DNA of 63,838 nt, filler included, from Octopus bimaculoides (lineage: Eukaryota): NCBI RefSeq assembly GCF_001194135.2. It is 6 parts of 6 records of this genome, joined end to end, with 100 filler letters (N's around TTAATTAATTAA, not from the genome) between each part and the next. Parts side by side here need not be neighbours in the genome. Positions count along the whole stretch, not along the records: positions 30,803 to 54,152 come from NC_068991.1; positions 54,253 to 57,285 come from NC_068997.1; positions 57,386 to 59,191 come from NW_026398085.1; positions 59,292 to 61,225 come from NW_026357369.1; positions 61,326 to 63,838 come from NW_026338571.1; 1 more part is not named here. One strand, 5' to 3'. Shown here piece by piece: positions 52,169 to 63,838 of the stretch. The position numbers were made by a program, and so were the translations under genes. The notes beneath the pieces are model-generated. The model saw only the letters and a program-made list of their open reading frames with translations. It had not been told where the DNA came from and searched no databases. The number at the start of each line of letters is the position of its first letter. Position 1 is the first letter of the stretch.

Positions 52169-53494
52169 TATACATATGTATATAGAAAATACGTACTTGT
52201 ATTTTCTCGGCAATAGCGTATATGAGAAATAAAATGAAAGGGAAAAAAATCGATAACCAATCAGTGAAAAAAGCCCAAAACAAATGATTTGTGTCATAGC
52301 GATAGACAGAACTGTCACTATGATATTGTGTCATCATATACATTACACACACACACACACACACACACACGGTATTAATCAATGATAGTTGTATTGATCT
52401 CTGAGTATCGATCATATGACTGAAGCTGGTTAAAACTGCTGAGCAGAAATCACATGGCAGTCGCTGCTGTCGCTGTTGTTGCTGTTAGAGCTCTGTTTAT
52501 ACACTAGCAAACTCTTGATCAAAAAGCGTTCCATCCTCGACCATCCTGCAGATTTAGAGCACCCTATGAACACGTTATTTCAATTATATCAATTATATCA
52601 CTTGATTGATTTTCGTTTTGTTTTGTTTTTGTTATTTTCGTTTTTGAGTTTATTTTCAAGACGTTCCGATGTAATTTGATGGAAATTTGGCTGCTTTTTC
52701 TTGCAAACTGATCATAGAGAGTTCTTCGACGGTTTCATATTGATAGCATTAATGTTGTTGTTGTTGTTGTTGTTGACAGTGGTGGTGGTCTTAGTAGTAG
52801 CAGCAGTAGTAGTGACGGTGGCGTTTCAACGTGGTGCGAGCTACGCTGATTTATGTTTTTGTATATATGTATATATATTTATATATATATATATATGGTC
52901 CCTTTTGCTGAACCGCTAAATGTAGGCAGCGTAAACAAACCAATACCCGTTATTAAGCAGTAGTGGTCGAAGCAGTCTAACACAAATACAAAAGAAACGA
53001 ATAAGTGTGTGTATACTTATGTATACACACACACACACACATAGTGCAGACAGAAATGTGGTACTCTATCTAGCATGACCGCAACCACATGGCTGAAACA
53101 TATGAAAGGACACGTATAGGATTGTAACACAGTTTTCGTCTGCCAAATTCATTCAGTCCGGGCACATATATATATATATANNNNNNNNNNNNNNNNNNNN
53201 NNNNNNNNNNNNNNNNNNNNNNNNNNNNNNNNNNNNNNNNNNNNNNNNNNNNNNNNNNNNNNNNNNNNNNNNNNNNNNNNNNNNNNNNNNNNNNNNNNNN
53301 NNNNNNNNNNNNNNNNNNNNNNNNNNNNNNNNNNNNNNNNNNNNNNNNNNNNNNNNNNNNNNNNNNNNNNNNNNNNNNNNNNNNNNNNNNNNNNNNNNNN
53401 NNNNNNNNNNNNNNNNNNNNNNNNNNNNNNNNNNNNNNNNNNNNNNNNNNNNNNNNNNNNNNNNNNNNNNNNNNNNNNNNNNNNNNNNNNNNNN

Positions 53495-53531
<37 letters not shown>

Positions 53532-54253
53532 GTACAAGACGTCCCCAACTGCGTAGACAACATGAAGTAGGAAACCAAACGAGTTAAATACGCAAACGAG
53601 AGAAAAAAATGGAAAGCAGGACAAGTAACACGACCCTTCATGAGTTGTTGGCTGTCTATCTATTATTTACTCCTTATTTCGAGTATTCAACGACAATATG
53701 AGTCTTCGAAGACAGTTGGTCCCATAAATTCCGGAGGGTCAAAGTTGGGAACAAAAACAGGACAGTGGAGACATACAAGGAAACCGAACGAAAACAAACA
53801 TGGAGGATCGTTAGACGAGAACGAAACAAAAATAGTGAACGCATACAAACATGGATATAAACATACATACATATTAACATACATACATATATACATACAT
53901 CCATACATACACACGCATATATACATATACATACATGTATCCATACTTACATACATACGTCCATACATACAAGCATACATACATACGCGCATACATGCAC
54001 ACATACATACATCCATACATACATACATACAAACATCCATACAAACATACACATACATACATACATACATACACACATCCATCAATACATACATACACTC
54101 ATAGACACACATCCATCAATACATACATACATACATACATACATACATACATNNNNNNNNNNNNNNNNNNNNNNNNNNNNNNNNNNNNNNNNNNNNTTAA
54201 TTAATTAANNNNNNNNNNNNNNNNNNNNNNNNNNNNNNNNNNNNNNNNNNNNG

Positions 54254-54287
<34 letters not shown>

Positions 54288-54288
54288 C

Positions 54289-54348
<60 letters not shown>

Positions 54349-54455
54349 GGTAGAACAAACAGAACTAGAACTCAAACATGCTTTGAATGCTTTCTTCTAT
54401 TATTCAGCAGAAAGTAACTCAGGGACCGGCGCTTGAGTCATTTATCCATATATAT

Positions 54456-54821
54456 AGGTTGCATGGCTGTGTGGTAAGAAGTTTGCTTCCTAACTACATC
54501 ATTCCAGGTTCAGTCCCATTCCATGGCACCTTGGGCAAGTGTCTTCTACTATAGCCTTGTGAGTAGATTTGGTAGATGGAAACTGAAAGAACCCTATCAT
54601 ATATATGTATATGTCTTTGTCTGTTTCCCCACCACCACCATCACCACTGCTTGACAACCAGTGTTGGTTTGTTTATGTCCCCATAACTTAGCAGTTTAGT
54701 TAAAGAGATGGACAGAATAAGCACCAGGCTTTAAAAAAATAAGTACTGGAGCCAATTTGTTCAACTAAATATTCTCCAAGGCAGTGTCCCAGCATGGCCT
54801 CAGTCTAATGACGGAAACAAG

Positions 54822-54822
<1 letters not shown>
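54456..54822 (+). mobile_element. tRNA-derived SINE related to family A
   Basis: CATGGCTGTGTGGTAAG...GGTTCAGTCCC...GGCACCTTGGGCAAGTGTCTTC...CAGCATGGCCTCAGTCTAATGACGGAAACAAG. Confidence 0.75.
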
Positions 54823-54857
<35 letters not shown>

Positions 54858-55539
54858 AACACACATATATACATACATATGTATGTATGTAGGATCTAGA
54901 AAGACCATAGTTGAAATGTGGACTCAATATGCAATTATGTAGAGTAGGGTTTACTTTATCCTGATAGTGAGAGGCCATGTGGAGAGCTTGTCCATTTCAT
55001 GTGTCCAGATCATTGATTAACCACTCTCAAGTTACCTGGGGCAGTTTGTGAGTGTGTGCTCCTCATATATTTTGTATATGTGTGTGTGTGTGTGTGCGTG
55101 CAAGCATGTATGTATGGTAATGGTATTTTCATTATGGTTAATTTTGCAAACCACTGCAGGAATGTGTATGTTTGTAGTGTGTACATCTGTGATTGATAGT
55201 ATGTCAAAGGTATGTCAAACTAACCATTATGGAAATACGACATTACACTAGTATGAATCTCGTAAACACTTGCACACACACACACACACATAGTAACAAC
55301 GCTTGCAGTGAGAAGCAAGCCTGTTGCACATGCAAGATAACAATGGTGTAAAGACATGTAAGAGTGTTATAAAGGCGGCATATTAGGTTTATTGTGGCTT
55401 TACATTTCTTGAGGGGGGTCATATTGAACAGCAGTGAGGGTAGGGCAATATACAACAAGTGTGTTTCATGAATTTTTTTTTTTTTTGGATGACATTCAGT
55501 GAAGAGGAAATATGTGAACCTTCCATTTTTGTGGTGGCA

Positions 55540-56340
55540 TTGACTACAATAGGTGGTGTTTGATAGAGACTACAATATGTGACTTTATTTAATGATGACA
55601 ATGATGATGATGATGATGATGATATAGGTTTGTTATAAGGTGACTTGAGTGAGGGTGGTGATATTGTGTAGAATAACTGAAAAACATTGTTGCTAAAGAC
55701 TTTAGACTATAATAAGTATGCTTGTATGATAGAAGTTATACTAGGTACAATCACATTGGTGTTTCTTCTCGACAGCAACTAAACAATAGGTAAACATAGT
55801 GATATTCACTAGAGAATAAGTGAAGTTTGTTTGATGATGTTTGTTGGTGGTTAGGACTACAATAGGTAAAAATTGTTTGATGGTTTATGGTGATATTGAC
55901 TAGAATATAAGAGTTTCTTTGGTGATGTATGATGATTTTTTTTGACTAGAATAGAATTTGTTTCGTAGCCATTTGACTAGAACAAGTACAGGTTGTTTGA
56001 TGGTGATTTATGGCAATATGGAATTGAATATAAGAATTTGATAGTGATTTTTTACTAGAGTACATATGTCTTCATTTGACAATGATACTGAGTACAATTT
56101 TAATATTCCATCCAGGTATTATTGTAACAGTGAATAGACAAGTTTCTCAATGATAACAACTAAATTACATGAACTTGTTGATGATAACGTTGACTAGAAT
56201 AAATTGTTTGATGGACATAATGACTAGAATAATTGAGAATGTTTCATAAAATGTGATCGCGATGGAACTGACTAGAATCAGAGATGGTTTTCATGGTGTA
56301 TATAACACAGTTATTGACGAGAACAGGCAAAATTTGTTTC
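55540..56340. repeat. Highly degenerate minisatellite with (T)GACTA(G/C)AAT core
   Basis: More than ten variants of TGACTAGAATA / GACTACAATA, interleaved with TTGTTTGATG(G/A)TG-like segments at irregular spacing of about 30-60 bp. Confidence 0.6.
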
Positions 56341-56606
56341 ATGAAGACATTTCATTATACCAACTGTTTTGATAGGTTGATATCAAACTAGAATAAAAAG
56401 CTACAAGTCTAATTAAAATGCAAACTGGAATGCAAATATGCAAGTGGAGAATTCTTTCAGAATTATTGGTGAAGCGACTTACATTAGCAGCTAGTTGTGT
56501 GTGTGTGTGTCTGTGAGTATGTGTGTGTGTGTGCACTGTGTGTGTATATGCATGCATGTGTGTTTTATACATACTATAGTACAAATACAAACATACATAT
56601 CATATA

Positions 56607-56647
<41 letters not shown>

Positions 56648-57228
56648 CATATATATGTGTGTGTGTGTGTGCAAGTGTCATACAGTGAAGTTGTATGTAT
56701 CAATATATTTGTTTATGGGTATATATATATATATATGTATATATATGCATATATTTATATACATACATATACACACACACATATTTATATAAATATATGT
56801 GAATGTATATATACACATATATATATGTATACACACATACATATATAAAACAAAAACAAAGAAACGATTATTTTCTAACATTTTTTCTTTTATGTTGCTG
56901 TAAAATACACCAATTGGCAAAATAGGAAATGATAATTAATAATAATAATAATAATAATAATTATAATAATAATAATAATAATAATGATAATAATAACAAG
57001 AAAATAAACATACTTTTAAGTTCATAAAAACAAATATTTAGTTGGGTTTTTGTAATTTTTTTGTCTTCTGCTCATTTTTTTTTTGTTTTGTTTGGTTAAA
57101 AACTGCACTATTTGCCCTCATTTTTGGAGTGGTTTTAGGGGGGATAGTTTTTTTCCAAGACTTTTAGCACCACATTGATAAATTTTGAACCAATATGTAT
57201 AATATGTATACGTATGTGTGTGTGTGCA

Positions 57229-57285
<57 letters not shown>

Positions 57286-57853
57286 NNNNNNNNNNNNNNN
57301 NNNNNNNNNNNNNNNNNNNNNNNNNNNNNTTAATTAATTAANNNNNNNNNNNNNNNNNNNNNNNNNNNNNNNNNNNNNNNNNNNNCACACACACACACAC
57401 ACATATATCTATGCATATGAATGTGTGTGTGTGTGTGCGCGCGCGCGTATGCGTATGTTAGGAGAGATGGTGTGCATGTGCGAGGGTGAAAAAGAGAGAA
57501 GTGTTGGATATTTGTGCGCATCCATACATCGTGATAATGTCCGTGTTTGGGTTCATATGATTTTACTTTGTGGCTATGCATATCTTGGCACATAATACTA
57601 ATAACCGAACACAGTAACGGTGGCGGAAGTTTGTCAAAGACTAACATTTTGGAAGATTCTACGAATGAAGACTTGTTCCCAATTTCTTTGCGTAATTTTA
57701 GATGGAAATCATTGCTTAGGTTTCCATTGGAACATGATTTGGCGGCAAATGTTTCTGAAGAACTGCCTCATTTCTTCCGATGTTGTTGCAATACACTTAA
57801 ATCCAAACGAAGATACATATACGCGTGCGTGTTTGTTTGTGTGTGTGTGTCTG

Positions 57854-57901
<48 letters not shown>

Positions 57902-58053
57902 TGACTGAATGTCCGTAAATAACCACACGTAGTTGCAGAGATTCAACCAGTCACAGACAACTGATTTAAAATCTTCACAATTCATACAAATACATAAAGG
58001 TAAATGTGTCTGCATGCGTATACATATATGATCTATCTATCGATCTATCTATA

Positions 58054-58110
<57 letters not shown>

Positions 58111-59044
58111 NNNNNNNNNNNNNNNNNNNNNNNNNNNNNNNNNNNNNNNNNNNNNNNNNNNNNNNNNNNNNNNNNNNNNNNNNNNNNNNNNNNNNNNNNN
58201 NNNNNNNNNNNNNNNNNNNNNNNNNNNNNNNNNNNNNNNNNNNNNNNNNNNNNNNNNNNNNNNNNNNNNNNNNNNNNNNNNNNNNNNNNNNNNNNNNNNN
58301 NNNNNNNNNNNNNNNNNNNNNNNNNNNNNNNNNNNNNNNNNNNNNNNNNNNNNNNNNNNNNNNNNNNNNNNNNNNNNNNNNNNNNNNNNNNNNNNNNNNN
58401 NNNNNNNNNNNNNNNNNNNNNNNNNNNNNNNNNNNNNNNNNNNNNNNNNNNNNNNNNNNNNNNNNNNNNNNNNNNNNNNNNNNNNNNNNNNNNNNNNNNN
58501 NNNNNNNNNNNNNNNNNNNNNNNNNNNNNNNNNNNNNNNNNNNNNNNNNNNNNNNNNNNNNNNNNNNNNNNNNNNNNNNNNNNNNNNNNNNNNNNNNNNN
58601 NNNNNNNNNNNNNNNNNNNNNNNNNNNNNNNNNNNNNNNNNNNNNNNNNNNNNNNNNNNNNNNNNNNNNNNNNNNNNNNNNNNNNNNNNNNNNNNNNNNN
58701 NNNNNNNNNNNNNNNNNNNNNNNNNNNNNNNNNNNNNNNNNNNNNNNNNNNNNNNNNNNNNGATATAAGAGAGGGGGAAGGTGAGTATGGGAGGAGAGAG
58801 AAAGAGAGGAATAGAAAGAGAGTGAGAGAGAAGAGGGTGAGAGTGAGAGTGAGAGAGAGAGAAAGAGAGAAGAGAGTGAGAGAGAGAGAGTAAGAGAGAA
58901 GAGAGTGAGAGAGAGAGGAAGAGAGAAGAGAGTGAGAGAGAATAAGAGAGTAAGAGTGAGAGAGTAAGAGAGTAAGAGTGAGAGAGGGGAGAGTAAGAGA
59001 GAAGAGAGTGAGAGAGAGTAAGAGAGTAAGAGAATAAGAGAGAG

Positions 59045-59191
59045 GAGAGAAAGCGTAGGGGTGAAGAGAAGTGGGAGTGAAGAGAAGTAGGAGTGAAGAG
59101 AAGTAGGAGTGAAGAGAAGTACGAATGAAGAGAAGTACGAGTGAAGATAGGTAGGAGTGAAGAGAAGTAGGAGTGAAGAGAGGTGAAGAGA
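59045..59191. repeat. 16-bp purine-rich minisatellite (AGTAGGAGTGAAGAGA)n
   Basis: About 9 imperfect tandem copies running into a gap. Confidence 0.9.
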
Positions 59192-60679
59192 NNNNNNNNN
59201 NNNNNNNNNNNNNNNNNNNNNNNNNNNNNNNNNNNTTAATTAATTAANNNNNNNNNNNNNNNNNNNNNNNNNNNNNNNNNNNNNNNNNNNNTGCTCATAT
59301 ATATTCAAAAATATACGAAAACAAAAAAGAAAAAAGGACTTTATATTCACGGTTTCAACTAATGACTCGTCGATGACGGCACCAACCGTGTAGCAGTAAC
59401 AACAAGAATATTAACTAAAATAATATATCTTCCTTACGATGACAAATTTATGTATCTATAGATCAAAATACTAATGAGAAATTTAAATGCAATGGGTATA
59501 TTGAAACAAAGGGAAGCTATCCAAACAGAAATGAAGTATATGCGTCGTCAGTTTCGGTTCACTACAAAGATTCATTGCAGTGGAAATATATATTTCCAAA
59601 ATTCTATGAATAAAATATATATTTGGAATCAGCTATTATATATTATGTTGAGCATCATGTTTTGTGCGTACGAAATCTACGCATAGTGTGTAGAGTTTGA
59701 TGAACATTATTTTCCATCGATATTTATTGTAATTGTATTTGAGATGTAATACACACACCAGTGTAAATATATATATCTGCGTGTGTGTATGTGTGTGTGT
59801 GCGTGTGTGTGTATTTATGTATTTGTATATTATATATATATACATATATATGAATACATATACACATGTACATGCATATATATATATATATATATANNNN
59901 NNNNNNNNNNNNNNNNNNNNNNNNNNNNNNNNNNNNNNNNNNNNNNNNNNNNNNNNNNNNNNNNNNNNNNNNNNNNNNNNNNNNNNNNNNNNNNNNNNNN
60001 NNNNNNNNNNNNNNNNNNNNNNNNNNNNNNNNNNNNNNNNNNNNNNNNNNNNNNNNNNNNNNNNNNNNNNNNNNNNNNNNNNNNNNNNNNNNNNNNNNNN
60101 NNNNNNNNNNNNNNNNNNNNNNNNNNNNNNNNNNNNNNNNNNNNNNNNNNNNNNNNNNNNNNNNNNNNNNNNNNNNNNNNNNNNNNNNNNNNNNNNNNNN
60201 NNNNNNNNNNNNNNNNNNNNNNNNNNNNNNNNNNNNNNNNNNNNNNNNNNNNNNNNNNNNNNNNNNNNNNNNNNNNNNNNNNNNNNNNNNNNNNNNNNNN
60301 NNNNNNNNNNNNNNNNNNNNNNNNNNNNNNNNNNNNNNNNNNNNNNNNNNNNNNNNNNNNNNNNNNNNNNNNNNNNNNNNNNNNNNNNNNNNNNNNNNNN
60401 NNNNNNNNNNNNNNNNNNNNNNNNNNNNNNNNNNNNNNNNNNNNNNNNNNNNNNNNNNNNNNNNNNNNNNNNNNNNNNNNNNNNNNNNNNNNNNNNNNNN
60501 NNNNNNNNNNNNNNNNNNNNNNNNNNNNNNNNNNNNNNNNNNNNNNNNNNNNNNNNNNNNNNNNNNNNNNNNNNNNNNNNNNNNNNNNNNNNNNNNNNNN
60601 NNNNNNNNNNNNNNNNNNNNNNNNNNNNNNNNNNNNNNNNNNNNNNNNNNNNNNNNNNNNNNNNNNNNNNNNNNNNNNN

Positions 60680-60717
<38 letters not shown>

Positions 60718-61351
60718 GAATATATTTATGTACAGGTATGTGTAAAAATGCAAATATAAACATATGTAGATGTACAAGAAACATGTACATATGCATACAT
60801 TTACTTGCATATATAGATACATTTCTCTCTTTATCTCTCTTTCCCCTCTTTCTCGACATATCAGAAAATGTGCGTATGTCCTCACGCCTGTTTGCATGAG
60901 TATGTGTACGCTTAATATATCCACATGCACAAACAAATAAGCGCACACACACAGACACACATACACACACGCACTCACACACACACATACACACACAAAC
61001 TCGCACACAGTTGCACACACACACGCATACATACTCACTCACACAAAGGTAGTAAGTTATTTCAGTTTCAGACGTATTTTTTAAAGTTCTAATAGATCAC
61101 TTCCGTGATCTGTTTGACCCTGGATGAGGAAATTGGAGTTTATCTTAGCAGTCATTTCTGCATACACTCAGCTTATTTTGCTCAACCCACTCCTTTCTGC
61201 TCCTTTCTCGCTGTGTGTGTGTATGNNNNNNNNNNNNNNNNNNNNNNNNNNNNNNNNNNNNNNNNNNNNTTAATTAATTAANNNNNNNNNNNNNNNNNNN
61301 NNNNNNNNNNNNNNNNNNNNNNNNNTATATATATATATATATATATATATT

Positions 61352-61620
61352 GATAGAAATGGCAAGACAACAAAAGAATGAAAGAGACTTCGATATTATG
61401 TAAATAGAGGAATTTATCTGTAAATATATGTGACAATTATTCGGTAGCCATGATAAAACTCTGAGTTTCGGATATCGGGGTGGAAACCCACGCCGGCATC
61501 TCTTCAGTTATCGGGCCATTGAAAAAATGCTATGAAAATGACCGTTAAACAAAGGGAAATTACTGTGTGATTGACCGTTATTAAGACAAAAGAGCTATTA
61601 GAATGACCGCTAAGTAAGGG
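61352..61620 (-). mobile_element. pLTR/retrozyme-like non-coding repeat carrying a hammerhead
   Basis: Non-coding island between (TA)n and CA-rich sequence that contains the motif at 61448-61514. Confidence 0.5.
61448..61514 (-). ncRNA. Type-I hammerhead ribozyme motif, intact core
   Basis: Minus strand CCGATAA-CTGAAGA-GATGCCGGCGTGG-GTTT-CCACCCCGATATCC-GAAA-CTC-A-GAG-TT-TTATC: stem I GATAA/TTATC, long stem II with GTTT loop, palindromic stem III ACTC-A-GAGT, GUU triplet. Confidence 0.75.
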
Positions 61621-62050
61621 GAGGGAGTAAAGGTAAGGGAGTAAAAATGTTCATAGTAATCGCGTAAGCACGCATGTCCATATATACACATGCGCACCCG
61701 CACACCCACGTACATGCGCCTAAATGTATATACTCATCCACCCTCACTTGAAACATGCACTTGCTCACCCACACATTCGCCAAAAAATATATACGTACCC
61801 GTATACACGCTTGCACACACACGCGCACAAAAAAGGTTCCAACACATGTCTATATACTCACATGCACAAGAAAAAACATGGCTAAAGGCAAAAAACAGGA
61901 AAATGTGTGAAAAAAAGTGTAAAAAATAATAAGAGTAAAACACGTCTATATACGCACATAATCGCATGCACGCACGCACACATCAATATGTGCGCACAAA
62001 AAATTCCATATACACGACTATATACACACGGGAAAAATGCAGGGTGGAAG

Positions 62051-62676
62051 GAACGAAGTAATGACGCAAAGCAGTGTGTACATATAATCACAATTTAGGT
62101 TAGTTGAAATATGTTTGTCACATATTTCAATTGTTAAAAGCAAATACACTGCAGTTACCGTGGAGAAAAAAAATCTCTCTTATGGTAAAATGGTGTGAAA
62201 ACATCCAGTTCGTTCAGTGTCGCCATCTCTCGGGAATCTCAGACGTCGACGTTTCAAGTTTATTGACTCTTGTCGATGGGCTGTACCTAAGACAGGCAAC
62301 TCTGAACGAACTAAATAAAGCTTGTGGCTTTATATATAATTCGGTCAACACGTTGACTGATTTGTGCTTGTAGATCACCCGATCGAGATTTAAAAAAAAA
62401 AACGAAGTAATGGCGCAAAGCAGTGTTTACGTATAATCACAATTTAGAGATCTTTTCTCCGCGGTAACTGCCTTTAGCAGTTGAAATATGTGACAAACAT
62501 ATTTCAACTAGCCTAAATTGTGATTATACGTAAACACTGCTTTGTGCCATTACTTCGTTATTTATCTCGATCGGGCGATCTACTAACGCAAATCAGTCAA
62601 CGTGTTGACTGAATTATATATTACGCTACAAGTTTTATTTAGTTCGTTCAGAGTTGCCTCTTTTAGGTACATCTCG
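62051..62676. repeat. Tandem (349-bp period) plus inverted, fold-back arrangement of the hairpin-rich repeat
   Basis: AACGAAGTAATG at 62052 and 62401. Arms 62282-62447 and 62513-62671 are inverted complements. Perfect 13-bp hairpin at 62479-62509. Confidence 0.85.
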
Positions 62677-63274
62677 TTTGGCTGCTGCTTGTTTGTGAGT
62701 CCTATCTGTTATTATCTAATGTTTCTTTGTTATTGCACTGTTTTTATTTTTGTTTTTTGTTTTTTTGTACCTGTTAAAATTGGAACTGCTGTTTATCTGT
62801 GAACAGTNNNNNNNNNNNNNNNNNNNNNNNNNNNNNNNNNNNNNNNNNNNNNNNNNNNNNNNNNNNNNNNNNNNNNNNNNNNNNNNNNNNNNNNNNNNNN
62901 NNNNNNNNNNNNNNNNNNNNNNNNNNNNNNNNNNNNNNNNNNNNNNNNNNNNNNNNNNNNNNNNNNNNNNNNNNNNNNNNNNNNNNNNNNNNNNNNNNNN
63001 NNNNNNNNNNNNNNNNNNNNNNNNNNNNNNNNNNNNNNNNNNNNNNNNNNNNNNNNNNNNNNNNNNNNNNNNNNNNNAACTCTTTAATTTGTTACCCTTA
63101 GCAGGGTAAAAAAATATTTTTGTCATTAATTTTGGCAAAAATTATTTTTTGTCAAAAAATATTTTTTCAATTCCTTTTGAAGGAATTCATCTTTCTTTAA
63201 AAATTGCATTATGGAATTCAACGTAATGTCTAGGGAGGATTTCCCAGAAATGGCAAAGGTACAAAACGGAGAAG

Positions 63275-63430
63275 CAGATAATGCTCCATTAGCCATTACT
63301 ACCTGACTTCTATCTTTCAGAGAGTCATATAACCATTCTCCAAGTTTTCCAGCTATGCTGAGATCACGCAGTTTGTGGCATATCATACCATGATCCACTT
63401 TATCAAAAGTTTTTTGCAAAATCAAGGTAT
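63275..63430 (-). mobile_element. CR1/L2-type LINE RT fragment
   Basis: LQKTFDKVDHGMICHKLRDLSIAGKLGEWLYDSLKDRSQVVMANGALS matches DFxKAFDKVxH..L..KL...GI.GKL..W...FL..R.Q.V..NG. Confidence 0.85.
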
Positions 63431-63491
63431 TTTACGTCCACATTCGAGTTGCCTCAACGCCCATAGTGCTGTAAGATCTGGGTCAGAAAGT

Positions 63492-63526
63492 CTTTAACAT
63501 TTCGAGCTACGCTCTTCAACAGAAAG
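63492..63526 (-). ncRNA. Second copy of the variant minimal hammerhead-like motif
   Basis: Minus strand CTTT-CTGTTGA-A-GAGC-GTA-GCTC-GAAA-TG-TT-AAAG: same stem I, same core variant and stem II as 19462-19497; GUU triplet. Confidence 0.5.
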
Positions 63527-63838
63527 AATGCCGAGAAAACATGGAGAAAAACACGGAGAAAAAAAATGAAATGGCGTCTGCGGACAAAGTTCAGGAAGTT
63601 CACGCAGGAGAGCTAAGAAAAAGAGGAGATAACAAAAGGGGGAAGAAAGAACGGTGACTCAAGAACGAGGAGCTGTGTGTGTGTGTGAGAGAGAATGCTG
63701 GTGATCTTGACGTATGCCTGTGTGAAAAAATAGGGAGGGGAGAAAGGAGTTGGTCAGTTGTAGTGTCTGCATGGTGTGTGTTGTGAAATGATGTGTGGTG
63801 TGATGTGAGGGTGTTGGGAGGTGGGGAAGGCGAAGGTG

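Noticed and set aside
57547-57830. Non-repetitive open frame (TNILEDSTNEDLFPISLRNFRWKSLLRF...)
   Set aside because: No recognisable family, no convincing splice donor, and the frame ends in a microsatellite.

Overview
A gappy, AT-rich animal scaffold, dense in microsatellites ((TA)n, (CA)n, (TACA)n, (AAT)n, (CTT)n). The SINE and microsatellite landscape resembles a cephalopod, probably Octopus (inference, not checked by search). I could not support any intact host gene. Nearly every ORF in the supplied track is a microsatellite or N-run artefact, and several convincing-looking exons turned out to be antisense transposon sequence. The recognisable content is decayed mobile DNA: non-LTR retrotransposons (HERO-like, R4/Dong-like, RTE, CR1/L2), two kinds of Penelope-like element (one with a C-terminal GIY-YIG, one ending in the RT thumb as in Naiad), hAT and Tc1/mariner relics, MITEs, many tRNA-derived SINEs, a possible LTR and a hairpin-rich fold-back repeat. 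The most notable signal is a set of type-I hammerhead-ribozyme motifs in short non-coding repeats. Three have an intact CUGANGA/GAAA/NUH core (6621-6732 +, 29484-29554 -, 61448-61514 -). Two belong to one variant family with a CUGUUGA core (19462-19497 +, 63492-63526 -), and one is degenerate (about 37011). They suggest several pseudo-LTR or retrozyme-like families. Five TTAATTAATTAA islands inside N-runs are assembly spacers. All motif calls were made by eye, without database searches, and element boundaries are approximate unless TIRs or TSDs are given.
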